Source: an uncultured Poribacteria bacterium (GTDB lineage: Bacteria > Poribacteria > WGA-4E > WGA-3G). From it: DNA of 64,000 nucleotides. Below are positions 28,459 through 38,310 of the stretch, one piece after another (position 1 is the stretch's first letter; the number at the start of each line of letters is the position of its first letter). The notes below the pieces were generated by a model, which was given only the letters and a program-made list of their open reading frames with translations, ran no database searches and was not told the DNA's origin. The translations under genes and the position numbers were made by a program. The stretch covers positions 3,264,001 to 3,328,000 of the forward strand of contig OX638351.1 of NCBI GenBank assembly GCA_951813565.1. Reading direction: 5' to 3'.

Positions 28459-30036
28459 TTACATCAACAATTCTTCACCTATTGGGAAAAATTGGTCTGC
28501 CATTGCTTGTAAATCCATTGACGTGTTATGCTCAAATGCGACTACCTCTATCCGTTTATGTTGCTGTTTTATGAGTTCAGCCAACGGACAAAAATCTCCG
28601 TCTCCGCTTGCCAGAATAACAACATCTAACATTCCGAGCATTGAGACCACGTCTACGGCGATTCCGACATCCCAATCACCTTTTGCTGAACCGTCTCCGC
28701 GCAGCCGTAAATCTTTACTACGAATTTTGTAGCCATTATGCTCTAATAGAGAGATAAAATTGCCTTGTTTAATTTCAGGAATCTGAACAATATAGACGTA
28801 GGCGACTATGAGTTGTCGCGGACCAACGATCAAGTCAAGAAGTTTAATATAGTCAACTCGACGTTCAAACCGATCTTTGGCAGCGTAGAACATGTTTTGC
28901 ACATCAACGAATACACCAACCCGCTGTTGCGCTCCCGTCCGATTCTCTTGAGCTATAGAATCCAAATCAGGTTCGTCTAAATAGTCTACTGTCTGTCGAA
29001 TTTGATTGAGAGCATTTCGAGATGTCTCATGCGATTTTTCAATCACATCAAAATGATTCTGTAGATCAGTTTTTAGTTGCTCTAAAGCTTGAAATTCCTT
29101 ATAAACGGCTTCTTCAACTAACTTTAGTTCAACCATAAAACTTTCCTTAGACGTTTTGATTTGTGTGAGTTCGTTGAGTTGTGCTGTGACATCCTCATAT
29201 TTCGTCTGTAGCTGCTGGTGTTCAGCCTCTAATTTCATAAAGGAGGCGTTGGTTTCCGCGTACTGTGTTGCTTTTTCAAGAAGGCTTTCATTCTCCTGTT
29301 GTAAAAAAACGATTTGTTTTTCGTTTTCCTGATAGTCGCCTTCTTTTGTTTTCAATGTCTCGTTTTCTTCAAGCAGGAACTTGCAGTGTTGCTCAAGTTG
29401 CTCATGCTTTTTTTCTATTGTAGTATATTCTGCTTTTAAGTCAGCCAAAGCACGTTTAAGGCTATCAGTTTCACTGGTCTGTCCGTGCGACTTTTCCTGA
29501 ACCTGTTCTAAATCGCTGGTATATTCTGTCTGAATCCCTTGATTTTCTGGGGAAGGCGTTTGTGGCGCATCAAAATAAGTGGGAAATTGCAGTTGTGCAT
29601 CTGCATCATCAAGTTCTTTGTGGGTTTCGTACGCTGCCGTTAATAAGTGAATGCCATGTGAGTGCACATCTTCTCTCGAATCCGCCAAGAGTGCCCAGAC
29701 CACTTCACCGAATTCACCTGATTTAATTAAGGGGGCGGGAGATCTAAAAAACGTCTGGATTTCATCGACGACCATGTATCCTACTCGCGAAATTGCCGTT
29801 TCCGCTTTTTGTGAAAGGTGTTCAATAACAATTTCGTCAATATGAGATTGCCCCAAAAAAGCGTTGGTTAACCTATTCAGCAACTCCTGTTTTGTAGATG
29901 AATGTAGTTTGTCTGAATCGGCGACAAGGTTAGTGTTTATTAGCAGTTGGAAAATCTCTCTCTCATTTAAAAGTATGGCAAGAAACCATGTGAGTTGATC
30001 ATGATGTATTTTTAATTTTAGATTAGGTTTTATCAT
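28459..30036 (-). CDS. NYN (LabA/DUF88, PIN-like) domain protein with long coiled coil
   Basis: C-terminal VFVDVQN, KGDWDVGIAVD, LASGDGDF; central Glu/Lys/Gln-rich heptads. Confidence 0.8.
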   Translation of the reverse strand: MIKPNLKLKIHHDQLTWFLAILLNEREIFQLLINTNLVADSDKLHSSTKQELLNRLTNAFLGQSHIDEIVIEHLSQKAETAISRVGYMVVDEIQTFFRSPAPLIKSGEFGEVVWALLADSREDVHSHGIHLLTAAYETHKELDDADAQLQFPTYFDAPQTPSPENQGIQTEYTSDLEQVQEKSHGQTSETDSLKRALADLKAEYTTIEKKHEQLEQHCKFLLEENETLKTKEGDYQENEKQIVFLQQENESLLEKATQYAETNASFMKLEAEHQQLQTKYEDVTAQLNELTQIKTSKESFMVELKLVEEAVYKEFQALEQLKTDLQNHFDVIEKSHETSRNALNQIRQTVDYLDEPDLDSIAQENRTGAQQRVGVFVDVQNMFYAAKDRFERRVDYIKLLDLIVGPRQLIVAYVYIVQIPEIKQGNFISLLEHNGYKIRSKDLRLRGDGSAKGDWDVGIAVDVVSMLGMLDVVILASGDGDFCPLAELIKQQHKRIEVVAFEHNTSMDLQAMADQFFPIGEELLM

Positions 30037-30225
30037 GAGAGTCCTCCGAAGATATTTGGTTCACACTGGGAGAATAGATATGAAATTTAGTTTCCACCTA
30101 TGAACCTTATTTTGGGTAAATTTTATCTATTATTAAATTGAGGTGTAATTGCAATACCTCCTAATATGGAATTATCAACATATAGCGTAAATCAATTTCG
30201 CTTTTCGCTGGTATGATGTAGAGAA

Positions 30226-31596
30226 TTAGATTTTAATTATTTTGTCCAATTCGTTTTGGACGGTGCGGGTTGCATTGCGTGTATCAACGATGACAGCAGC
30301 GTGTTTAACAATTAAATCGTAATCTATAGCGCTGTGGTCAGTAAGAATTACAACGCAATCAACACTTTCTATTAAAGCAGATGTTAGCGTTTGTGAATGA
30401 TATGTCCCTCCTTCTCCAAGAACAATATTTGAGACATGTGGGTCATGATATAAAATATGTGCACCTTTGTCAAGCATTAATCTAATTACTTCAAACGCGG
30501 GGGATTCACGGGTATCTCCGATGTCTTTTTTATATGCTACACCTAAAATTAAGAGGTTTGAGCCATTAAGTGGTTTGCGGTGAAGATTTAGCGCGTGAAT
30601 AACTTTATCAAGCACATAATTGGGCATACTACTGTTAATTTCGCTGGCGAGTTCAATAAATCGAGCGTGGTAATTGTAATTAAGCGCTTGCCAGGAGAGA
30701 TAGTGCGGATCAATCGGTATGCAATGTCCCCCAAGACCAGGACCCGGATAGAAAGGCATAAATCCAAAAGGTTTAGTTGCAGCAGCATCAATAATTTCCC
30801 ATACATTTAAATCCATCCGATCACAAATAAGTGCAACTTCATTGATTAACCCTATGTTTACGCTCCGAAATGTATTTTCAAGCAATTTTGTCATTTCTGC
30901 TATTCGAGGAGAGGAGACAGTATACGTCTTATTGATAAATTGTTCGTAAAAGGTTTTGGCAACTTGAGTGCATTTTGGCGTAACACCACCGACAATTTTC
31001 GGAGTATTCGTCATAAAATACGTACTGTTTCCAGGCTCAATTCGTTCGGGGGAAAAAGCGAGATAGAAATCACGACCTACCTGTAATGATTCAGTGGAAT
31101 CGGGGCTTAAACTTGGGGGTTTGGTGTTGCTGTCGTTCTCAAGTGTTGTTTCGCTGGAATTGGGTTGGAGCGTTGGAAGCACAATTTCTTCAGTTGTACC
31201 AGGGTAGGTGGTGCTTTCAAGAATTACCAGTTGTTCGGAATGCAAATGTTGTGCAATTTGCTCAACAGCAGCGGTGATAAACTGCATATCTGGCGTTCGG
31301 TTTTCGTTCAGAGGGGTTGGCACGCATATATTGACGGTATCCAGTTGGCTCAGAACACTATAATCGGTAGTAACCTGAATTTGTCCGGACTTAATAAGCG
31401 GACCGAGGACCGCATCTGGCACATCGGGAACATCAGAGATACCGCGTTTCAATCGTTCTATTTTTTCTGGATTGATGTCAATCCCAGTGACTTTGAAGCC
31501 AGCATCTGCAATAGCAACCACGAGAGATAATCCGACATATCCAAGACCGATAACGCCAGCATGTGCACTACGAGTTTCTATTTTTTTTAATAGCAT
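30226..31596 (-). CDS. UDP-N-acetyl-hexosamine/nucleotide-sugar 6-dehydrogenase (WbpA/WecC-like)
   Basis: GLGYVG, ICVPTP, ESTTYPGTT, FSPERIEPG, GLGGHCIPIDP, AYKKDIGDTRESP. Confidence 0.9.
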   Translation of the reverse strand: MLLKKIETRSAHAGVIGLGYVGLSLVVAIADAGFKVTGIDINPEKIERLKRGISDVPDVPDAVLGPLIKSGQIQVTTDYSVLSQLDTVNICVPTPLNENRTPDMQFITAAVEQIAQHLHSEQLVILESTTYPGTTEEIVLPTLQPNSSETTLENDSNTKPPSLSPDSTESLQVGRDFYLAFSPERIEPGNSTYFMTNTPKIVGGVTPKCTQVAKTFYEQFINKTYTVSSPRIAEMTKLLENTFRSVNIGLINEVALICDRMDLNVWEIIDAAATKPFGFMPFYPGPGLGGHCIPIDPHYLSWQALNYNYHARFIELASEINSSMPNYVLDKVIHALNLHRKPLNGSNLLILGVAYKKDIGDTRESPAFEVIRLMLDKGAHILYHDPHVSNIVLGEGGTYHSQTLTSALIESVDCVVILTDHSAIDYDLIVKHAAVIVDTRNATRTVQNELDKIIKI

Positions 31597-31848
31597 AATC
31601 TAAATTTGAAAATATCGATAATCTTTGATTTATTAAAATGAGCGGTGTTCACAATTGCATTCAGCCCTGATAGCGGCATACTCTTATCTCACTATTAAAA
31701 GTGAAAGATAAGCATGTGTAACCCTGACCGAAGATATTATATCACATTTTTCGCTAAACTTTACACAGAATTTGAGGCAGCTTTCAACTCAAATGGACTT
31801 TGTTTTATGGATGTCCTATAGAACGTCTTGTCTGAACCAGGATTTACC

Positions 31849-32532
31849 AAATCCTGGTTCAGACAATGACAGCTGAAAGCCAGAAGTCACATGGTAGTTG
31901 GCACACTCCGTGTGCCGCACACCAAAAGAACGGAAGGCGGACGGCACGCGGAGCGTGCCTGCTACCTTATAGGTATAACAACCAGCGGACATAACATGAT
32001 GGGTTGGGGGCTAATCTTTACTATAGTTTGGACAATTTCTGTCTGTTTCCAGTTGAGTTTTCAAGTATTTCCTATTTTTCTGTGAGTTATGTGTAGGATC
32101 GTAACTCACAAGAAAATAATATTCGGGTGCAGCAAGGGCGCAGCCCCAGCGGGGCGACAGGTGTATAGAAAACGATTTCCTAACCATCATAAGCCCCAGC
32201 GGGGCAGCATGCGCGTATGGCATGCTGCATGAGGTGTATCCGTGAAAATTTTATTGGTGTCAAGGTGTTCTATTAACCAGCCTATCGCACAAGAACTCTA
32301 AAAATTGTCCAAACTATAGTAATCTTTAGAATAGAAAGCCATCAATCAAAACTAACAATCCTGAAAATCCTATAATCTTGTAAATCCTGGTTCAGACGAA
32401 CAAACGACAGCTGAAAGCCGGAAGTCACATGGTAGTAGGCACACGCCGTGGGTTTCCGTACACCAAAAGAACGGAAGGCAGACGGCACACGGAGCGTGCC
32501 TGCTACCTTATAGGTATAACAACCAGCGGACA
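31849..32532. repeat. Two ~145-bp direct repeats (31849-31991, 32382-32532), each a REP doublet
   Basis: Near-identical AAATCCTGGTTCAGAC...GGTAGT..GGCACAC...CGGCAC.CGGAGCGTGCCTGCTACC...ACCAGCGGACA. Confidence 0.75.
32021..32319. mobile_element. 299-bp MITE, perfect 18-bp TIR, 9-bp TSD
   Basis: TIR CTATAGTTTGGACAATTT; TAATCTTTA at 32012-32020 and 32320-32328. Confidence 0.85.
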
Positions 32533-32539
32533 GCAAAAG

Positions 32540-32570
32540 AAAAGGCAGGTAACGCAACGGTTACCTGCCT
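32540..32570 (-). terminator. Intrinsic terminator
   Basis: Minus-strand AGGCAGGTAAC-cgttgc-GTTACCTGCCT followed by Ts, downstream of 32606-33091. Confidence 0.55.
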
Positions 32571-32605
32571 GATGTAATTCGCTCCCTTGGCACCACTAAT
32601 CCGTG

Positions 32606-33091
32606 TTACCATGGAATCTTGGCTTCACACGAGATACCAGAATTCTCAGTCATACTGGCGGTTGCCTTACACGACTCTATGTCAGGGCTACCCATCCATA
32701 TATCTTTTGTTATTTCTTTAGGTTGATAAAAGGAATAATTTCCTTCGTACCCTATATCCAGGAATGTTGCTGCTTTATGCGGAACCTCAACATCTATATA
32801 GTATGTTCCAGCGTTCCAGATACTTAAAGACGAAATTGAACCAGTCGCATAATAGTTAATTCTAATAGTCGGATACTGAACATCATCCGTGACGATCCGT
32901 CGAGAATGCGTATAAGAATACGAACCTATTAATGGATTATTTCCTGCAGGAGCGTTCTCTGCCGCGAGCCGGAACGTTCCACGGTTAAGTGCAAAGTCCC
33001 CTTCTCTTTCTACAAGACCATTAGTAGCGAAAACGCAAATTGAGAACAACACTAACATTGGGAAAATTAGAAAAAACATCAATCCTTTCAT
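32606..33091 (-). CDS. Hypothetical exported protein
   Basis: Signal peptide; AAGGAG RBS at the end of the upstream gene. Confidence 0.55.
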   Translation of the reverse strand: MKGLMFFLIFPMLVLFSICVFATNGLVEREGDFALNRGTFRLAAENAPAGNNPLIGSYSYTHSRRIVTDDVQYPTIRINYYATGSISSLSIWNAGTYYIDVEVPHKAATFLDIGYEGNYSFYQPKEITKDIWMGSPDIESCKATASMTENSGISCEAKIPW

Positions 33092-33096
33092 AACTT

Positions 33097-33837
33097 TTAC
33101 TCCTTTAGATCAAGAAATTGATACGGATCAATTCCTCCATTGAGATAGTTAATTACTTCAATACCTGCTGGCATATCTTTTTCTCTAAGTCTTTGCCCCG
33201 GTAAGTGCCCCGGAATACTATTTATTGTAAAAGGGTCGCCCATCATAAGGCCAACATATCTTTCTTTTTTTACTTCGTTCCATTTCCATTCCACATAGAT
33301 CGTCCCGGGAATAGTGGGATAAACTAACCCATTTAACATACCCGCGCCTGTTACATTTTTGCCTTGTTCTACAAGTTTTATTCGGACGCGAGCAAGCAAT
33401 TCGTTATCTCTGTTTCCAATCCTTTTGTCCCAATAGTCTTCGGGGAAACCTGGAGGAAGCTCTGGATACGGACCAAAGCCGTAAGGAGAAACATGCACCT
33501 TCTTATTCGTCGCCTGCGTTTGCTGTGTCAGAGTTGCAGAGGTTTTGTCGGAGGTAGCATCTTTCAACTCTCTTTTAGTCGTAGGTTTCCTGGTGGTTGG
33601 AGTATAACTTTCTACAGAGGCTGCAGAGGTCACATCGGCTGCTTGTCCCGCCCCGCTATCTGTATCGGAGACCTTTTTGGCTGCCTGCGATTGACGTAGC
33701 ATTTCTTCTGCCTCAGCAGCAGCCTTTCTATCATCTGCCGTATCGTACTGATACCAGAACACACACGCAACGGCAAACACAATTAAGAAGGCAACACCAC
33801 CGAGAATCCATCTGTTGGTCAAAATATCACGGAACAT
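33097..33837 (-). CDS. Hypothetical membrane-anchored protein
   Basis: AAGGAGG RBS; N-terminal TM, low-complexity linker, VSPYGFGPYPELP domain. Confidence 0.65.
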   Translation of the reverse strand: MFRDILTNRWILGGVAFLIVFAVACVFWYQYDTADDRKAAAEAEEMLRQSQAAKKVSDTDSGAGQAADVTSAASVESYTPTTRKPTTKRELKDATSDKTSATLTQQTQATNKKVHVSPYGFGPYPELPPGFPEDYWDKRIGNRDNELLARVRIKLVEQGKNVTGAGMLNGLVYPTIPGTIYVEWKWNEVKKERYVGLMMGDPFTINSIPGHLPGQRLREKDMPAGIEVINYLNGGIDPYQFLDLKE

Positions 33838-34050
33838 CTAAGACCTCCTTTTGTTGATAAAAAAATGGACACACAATTCAAGCAAAATATAGGTTTGCTT
33901 GCCATTTCACATAATTATGCCACAAAAAAAAGCAAGGAAAAAATGAAATTTAAGGAAATTTAAGGAAATTTTGAGAAAAATTGTTGGAATTTAAGGAAAT
34001 TGCGGCAATTTTTTAACAATTAAACATTTTTTGGCACGCTTAAACATTTT

Positions 34051-35140
34051 CAGGACTTACGCAATAATCAAAAATTGAGTTATACTATTGGATTATGATT
34101 TCATTTACACTTCCTGAAAAGAAGGAAAACCTATTTTCCGATTATTGTCAGTTTTTGATAGCAAGTGTCACGAATTGGACACAAACCTACTTTGCTGCTC
34201 GGACAGAAAAATGGAGCCACGATCAACTCAATCGATACCTGAGGAACGAAAACATTCCTTCAAGCGAACTCTGGAAATCTGTAAAACCGGACATTGAGTT
34301 TGATGAAGATGGATACATTGCCTTTGATGATGTCGTTCTCTCTAAGAAGTTTCAAAACAGATAGAAGCTGTTTACCATCAATGGAGTGGTAGCGACAAAA
34401 AAGTTATTCGTGGCATCGGTATTGTCACGTGTCTCTATGTCAACCCAAAAACTGGCGAGTATTGGGTCATTGATTATCGCATTTTTGACAAATCGCATGA
34501 TGGTAAGACCAAAATAGACCATTTACTGGATATGTTGCATAATGCTGTCTTGAAAAAACAACTCCCGTTTCGGACCGTGTTGATGGATGCTTGGTATGTT
34601 TGTATGCAAGTGATGAAAGCGATTGAGAAACTTTCCAAGGTTTACTATGCGCCTCTGAAACGAAACCGACTTGTGAATGATACGGATGGTGTTGAACCAC
34701 ACCAGCATGTAGAAGATTTATCTTGGACACAGACAGAAAAGCAACAGGGGAAACGGGTTCACATCAAAAACTTTCCGAAAGGGCATCAAGTGAAGTTGTT
34801 CCGGATTGTATCTGAAAACGGACGCACGGAATATATTGTGACAAACGATTTATCTCAATCGGATGCGACTGCGACCAAAAACGAGTGTCGGGTTCGCTGG
34901 AAGATTGAGCAACTTCACCGTGAAATCAAACAGGTTACAGGTATTGATAAATGTCAGTGTCGTAAGTTGCGTGCCCAACGAAACCATATTGCCTGTTGTT
35001 TTCAGGTCTGGGTCTGTCTAATGCGTGCTGCACGGAAAGCCTCTCAAACGATTTACCGACTCAAAGATAGTTTATTGGATGATTACATGCGACATCAACT
35101 CTCTAATCCTTCAATAATTTTCAAAACTGCGTAAGTCCTG
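34051..35140 (+). mobile_element. IS701-family insertion sequence
   Basis: TIR CAGGACTTACGCA / TGCGTAAGTCCTG; ATTTT duplicated on both flanks. Confidence 0.85.
34095..35134 (+). pseudogene. IS701-family DDE transposase, frameshifted near 34355
   Basis: SHDQLNRYL, AFDD, VLMDAWY, RWKIEQLHREIKQVTG split across two frames. Confidence 0.8.
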
Positions 35141-35452
35141 ATTTTTTAACACGCTCGTTTATTTTTGCAAATTTGGTAATCCTTGCAAATCCTGGTTCAG
35201 ACAAACACGGCGCGTTTACAAAACGCGCCTACAGGTTAGGACATGCGGTTATAGGCAAATGTCCAAATATTCTTATATTTTACTATAGTTTGTGCGTCCG
35301 TGGAACGCAAACTAACAGTTTGCGCTACAAAAATTGCTTACACCAAACTCCCGTTATTTTATAATTTACCAAAGAACATTTATGTGCATCCGTCAGTTAA
35401 ATGAAGGATACGCATAAATATCATCGATATTAGAACTTTAAATAAACCAGTT

Positions 35453-36940
35453 TTACCAGTCTTCAACCAATTGTACTAACAACCGCACACCGTACCCGGA
35501 TGCACCTTCAGGAATATACGTAGACCCTTTCATGCCCCACGCAGTACCAGTAATGTCAAGGTGTACCCAAGGGTATCCCTCAGCGAAATTTTTCAGAAAC
35601 GCTGCACCTGCAAGCGTTCCAGCAGTACCATCTCCGATATTCTGCACATCAGCGACTTTGCTTTTTACGCCTTTATCGTAATCGTCCCAGAGTGGCAATT
35701 CCCAGACGCGTTCATGTGTTTTGTCAGCCGCCTTCTTTACTTTTTCCATTAATGCGCCATCGGTCCCCATTGCCCCAGCTGCGACATGCCCAAGACAAGT
35801 GATCACAGCACCGGTAAGCGTGGCTAAATCAATAACACCTTGCGGTTCGTACTGTGCGGTCCATCCGAGTGCATCAGCCAAAATTAGCCTTCCTTCAGCA
35901 TCAGTGTTGAGAATCTCAATTGTTTTTCCACCGTAGGAGGTAATAACATCACCCGGCTTAATTGCAGTTGCCCCTGGCATGTTTTCGGTTGTGGCGATAA
36001 CACCGATGACGCGCACGTTCGGTTTGAGGTTTCCGATTACCTGCATGGCACCTATAACGGCTGCAGCACCCGACATGTCATGTTTCATTTCATGCATACC
36101 GCTTCCGGATTTAAGTGAAATGCCACCAGTATCAAAGGTAATTCCTTTTCCAACGAGTGCGACGGTATCATGTCCTTCACCTTCAGGCGTGTATTCCAAA
36201 ATGATGAACCGTGGATCTTCTGCACTGCCTTGTGCTACTGCTAAAAGCGTTCGGAAACCTTTTTCCTCCAGCGTCGGTTTGTCGAAAACTGTGCAGTTAA
36301 GTCCTGCTGCTTCCGCGACCGATTCTGCCTTCTCAGCAAGTTGTGTCGGTGTGAGATGATTTCCGGGTTGGTTACTAAGATCACGAGCGATGATTGTGCC
36401 GTTCGCGATCGTTTGTCCGCGTTCAACGATGCGTTCTAAGGACGATTTTTCTACTTCGCTCCCTACGAGAAGGGTCATAAATTCAAGCATTTTATCTTCG
36501 TCATCACTATCATCTTTTTTAGTTTTGTGCTGTTTGAATTCATAGAGTGAGAGAAGACTTGCTTCAACAGCTGCCTGCGCCCAATCATCTTGTGTTTCGG
36601 GGGGAATGGGAACTGTGATAGAATTTAGTCCCATATCACGTGCCTGCCGCGCAGTGTGCCCTGCGACCTGACGAACTTTTTCGGCATTGAGTTCCGCGTA
36701 AATACCGAGACCTACCAAAATGATACGTGGTGACTTCATAGCACCGTTTGTATAAAGCACGCTGGTTGTTTTCGGTTTGCCTTTGAAGTCTCCGAGGTTC
36801 AAAAACGCTTGGATGCGTCCCTCTAAAGCAGCATCAGCGGCTAAAAGTAACTCGTTGTGGAAGTCATCTTCAAGCATAGGGATGAGCACAGCATCAGTTT
36901 CTGCTTGGCGAAAATCACCAGTTTCAACAGTAATATTCAT
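35453..36940 (-). CDS. pepA: Leucyl aminopeptidase (M17)
   Basis: VGKGITFDTGG, MKHDMSGAA, NTDAEGRL, DLATLTGA. Confidence 0.93.
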   Translation of the reverse strand: MNITVETGDFRQAETDAVLIPMLEDDFHNELLLAADAALEGRIQAFLNLGDFKGKPKTTSVLYTNGAMKSPRIILVGLGIYAELNAEKVRQVAGHTARQARDMGLNSITVPIPPETQDDWAQAAVEASLLSLYEFKQHKTKKDDSDDEDKMLEFMTLLVGSEVEKSSLERIVERGQTIANGTIIARDLSNQPGNHLTPTQLAEKAESVAEAAGLNCTVFDKPTLEEKGFRTLLAVAQGSAEDPRFIILEYTPEGEGHDTVALVGKGITFDTGGISLKSGSGMHEMKHDMSGAAAVIGAMQVIGNLKPNVRVIGVIATTENMPGATAIKPGDVITSYGGKTIEILNTDAEGRLILADALGWTAQYEPQGVIDLATLTGAVITCLGHVAAGAMGTDGALMEKVKKAADKTHERVWELPLWDDYDKGVKSKVADVQNIGDGTAGTLAGAAFLKNFAEGYPWVHLDITGTAWGMKGSTYIPEGASGYGVRLLVQLVEDW

Positions 36941-37152
36941 AATATTCCTTTGGGTGTGTAAAGTTTTTGTAGCAACTCTGATGTCCAGAGTTGTTGCGAG
37001 TTACAATAAAAATGGGTATCCTATCCTAATAAATTCAAAAAAGGAAGAGGATACCAATGTTTAATATATCATTAGAGAACCCAGAAGTCAAAGAGATTTT
37101 AGAAGAGATTGCTCAGGTGGCAAGCGAACTTTCGTCATCCCGTTGCATATCA

Positions 37153-38310
37153 TTATAACATATTAACATGATTGTTCTTGCATTTATTTTTTGGATGTGT
37201 TATTGTGATCAGATGAAAAATAAAAAACATGGGGTTTCCCCTCACTTTTCAGTAGAAGTTCTGAAACAAAGGTATCTTGAATGTGAATGTCCTATTGAAC
37301 GGACGCACTGGCATATTATTTGGCTTCTTGCTGATACCACACATCCACGAACACCTCGCGAAGTTGCTGAGATTGTAGGATGCACGCCGGACTGGGTTCG
37401 GAAGTTGCTCAAACGCTACAACGCTGAAGGCGAAGCAGCTATGCGAGACAAACGCAAAAACAATGGACGCCAGCGTATTTTGGATGAAACACAGCAAGCA
37501 GCCCTTGAAGCTGCACTTTCTTCGCCTCCTGCTGATGGCGGTCTGTGGACAGGTCCGAAGGTGGCTGCGTGGATATCCGAGACACTCAAGCGTCCTGTCA
37601 GTGATGTGTCAGGTTGGAAATATCTCAAGCGTCTCGGTTATACTTTACAAACACCTCGTCCTCAACATCAGTCAGCTGCAACACCAGATGAGCAGCAAGC
37701 ATTAAAAAAAACTTAGGGAGCGGGTAGCTGAGCTTGAAGGTCAGCACCCGGAGAAATCGGTAGAAGTCTGGGCAGAAGACGAGGCACGCGTGGGATTATT
37801 GCCGGTTCATCGGCGTGTCTGGGCGAAGCAAGGTGAAAGACCGACAGCCTCGGTGTGTCCGTCATATAAATGGCTTTATGGTTTCGGATTTGTCCGTCCA
37901 CAGACGGGTGAGACCTATTGGCTTCTGATGCCGAGTGTGAGTGTTGAAGTGATGAACCTTGCGTTGGCAGAGTTTGCTCGGGATGTAAACCCGGAAGGCA
38001 AAAAAGAGATAATCCTCTTATTAGATCGTGCCGGTTTTCACACGGGTAAGGATTTAGATGTCCCACAAGGTATTGAGTTATTTTTTTTACCGCCGTATAC
38101 ACCGGAACTTCAACCTGCCGAACGGCTGTGGCCTCTGTTGCGAGAGGTGGTTGCCAATAAAGTTTTTAGAACGCTATCAGACCTTGAAGAAGTGCTTGTG
38201 AAAAGGTGTCAGTGGTTCTCCAAAAACAGAAAGAAGGTGCAAGAACATGTCGGTTTTCAGTGGATTTGCAAAATGGAAAACACAATATGACTTACGTTAA
38301 TTTGGTATGA
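37153..38310 (+). mobile_element. IS630-family insertion sequence; ends approximate
   Basis: Two-ORF transposase; imperfect terminal IR TTATAACATATTAAC / GTTAATTTGGTATGA. Confidence 0.7.
37213..38290 (+). CDS. IS630 transposase, ORFA (37213-37716) joined to ORFB across an A8 slippage site (37704-37711)
   Basis: HTH in ORFA; WAEDEARVG, LLDRAGFH, LPPYTPELQPAE DDE motifs in ORFB. Confidence 0.8.

Noticed and set aside
31090..31170. Ser/Thr/Pro-rich insertion in the nucleotide-sugar dehydrogenase as a mobile insert
   Set aside because: No TIR, TSD or palindrome; most simply a variable surface loop.
33935..34050. Short tandem repeats GAAATTTAAG and TTAAACATTTT as iterons or an origin
   Set aside because: Only 3-4 short degenerate copies with no rep or dnaA context; may be regulator sites, but this is unsupported.
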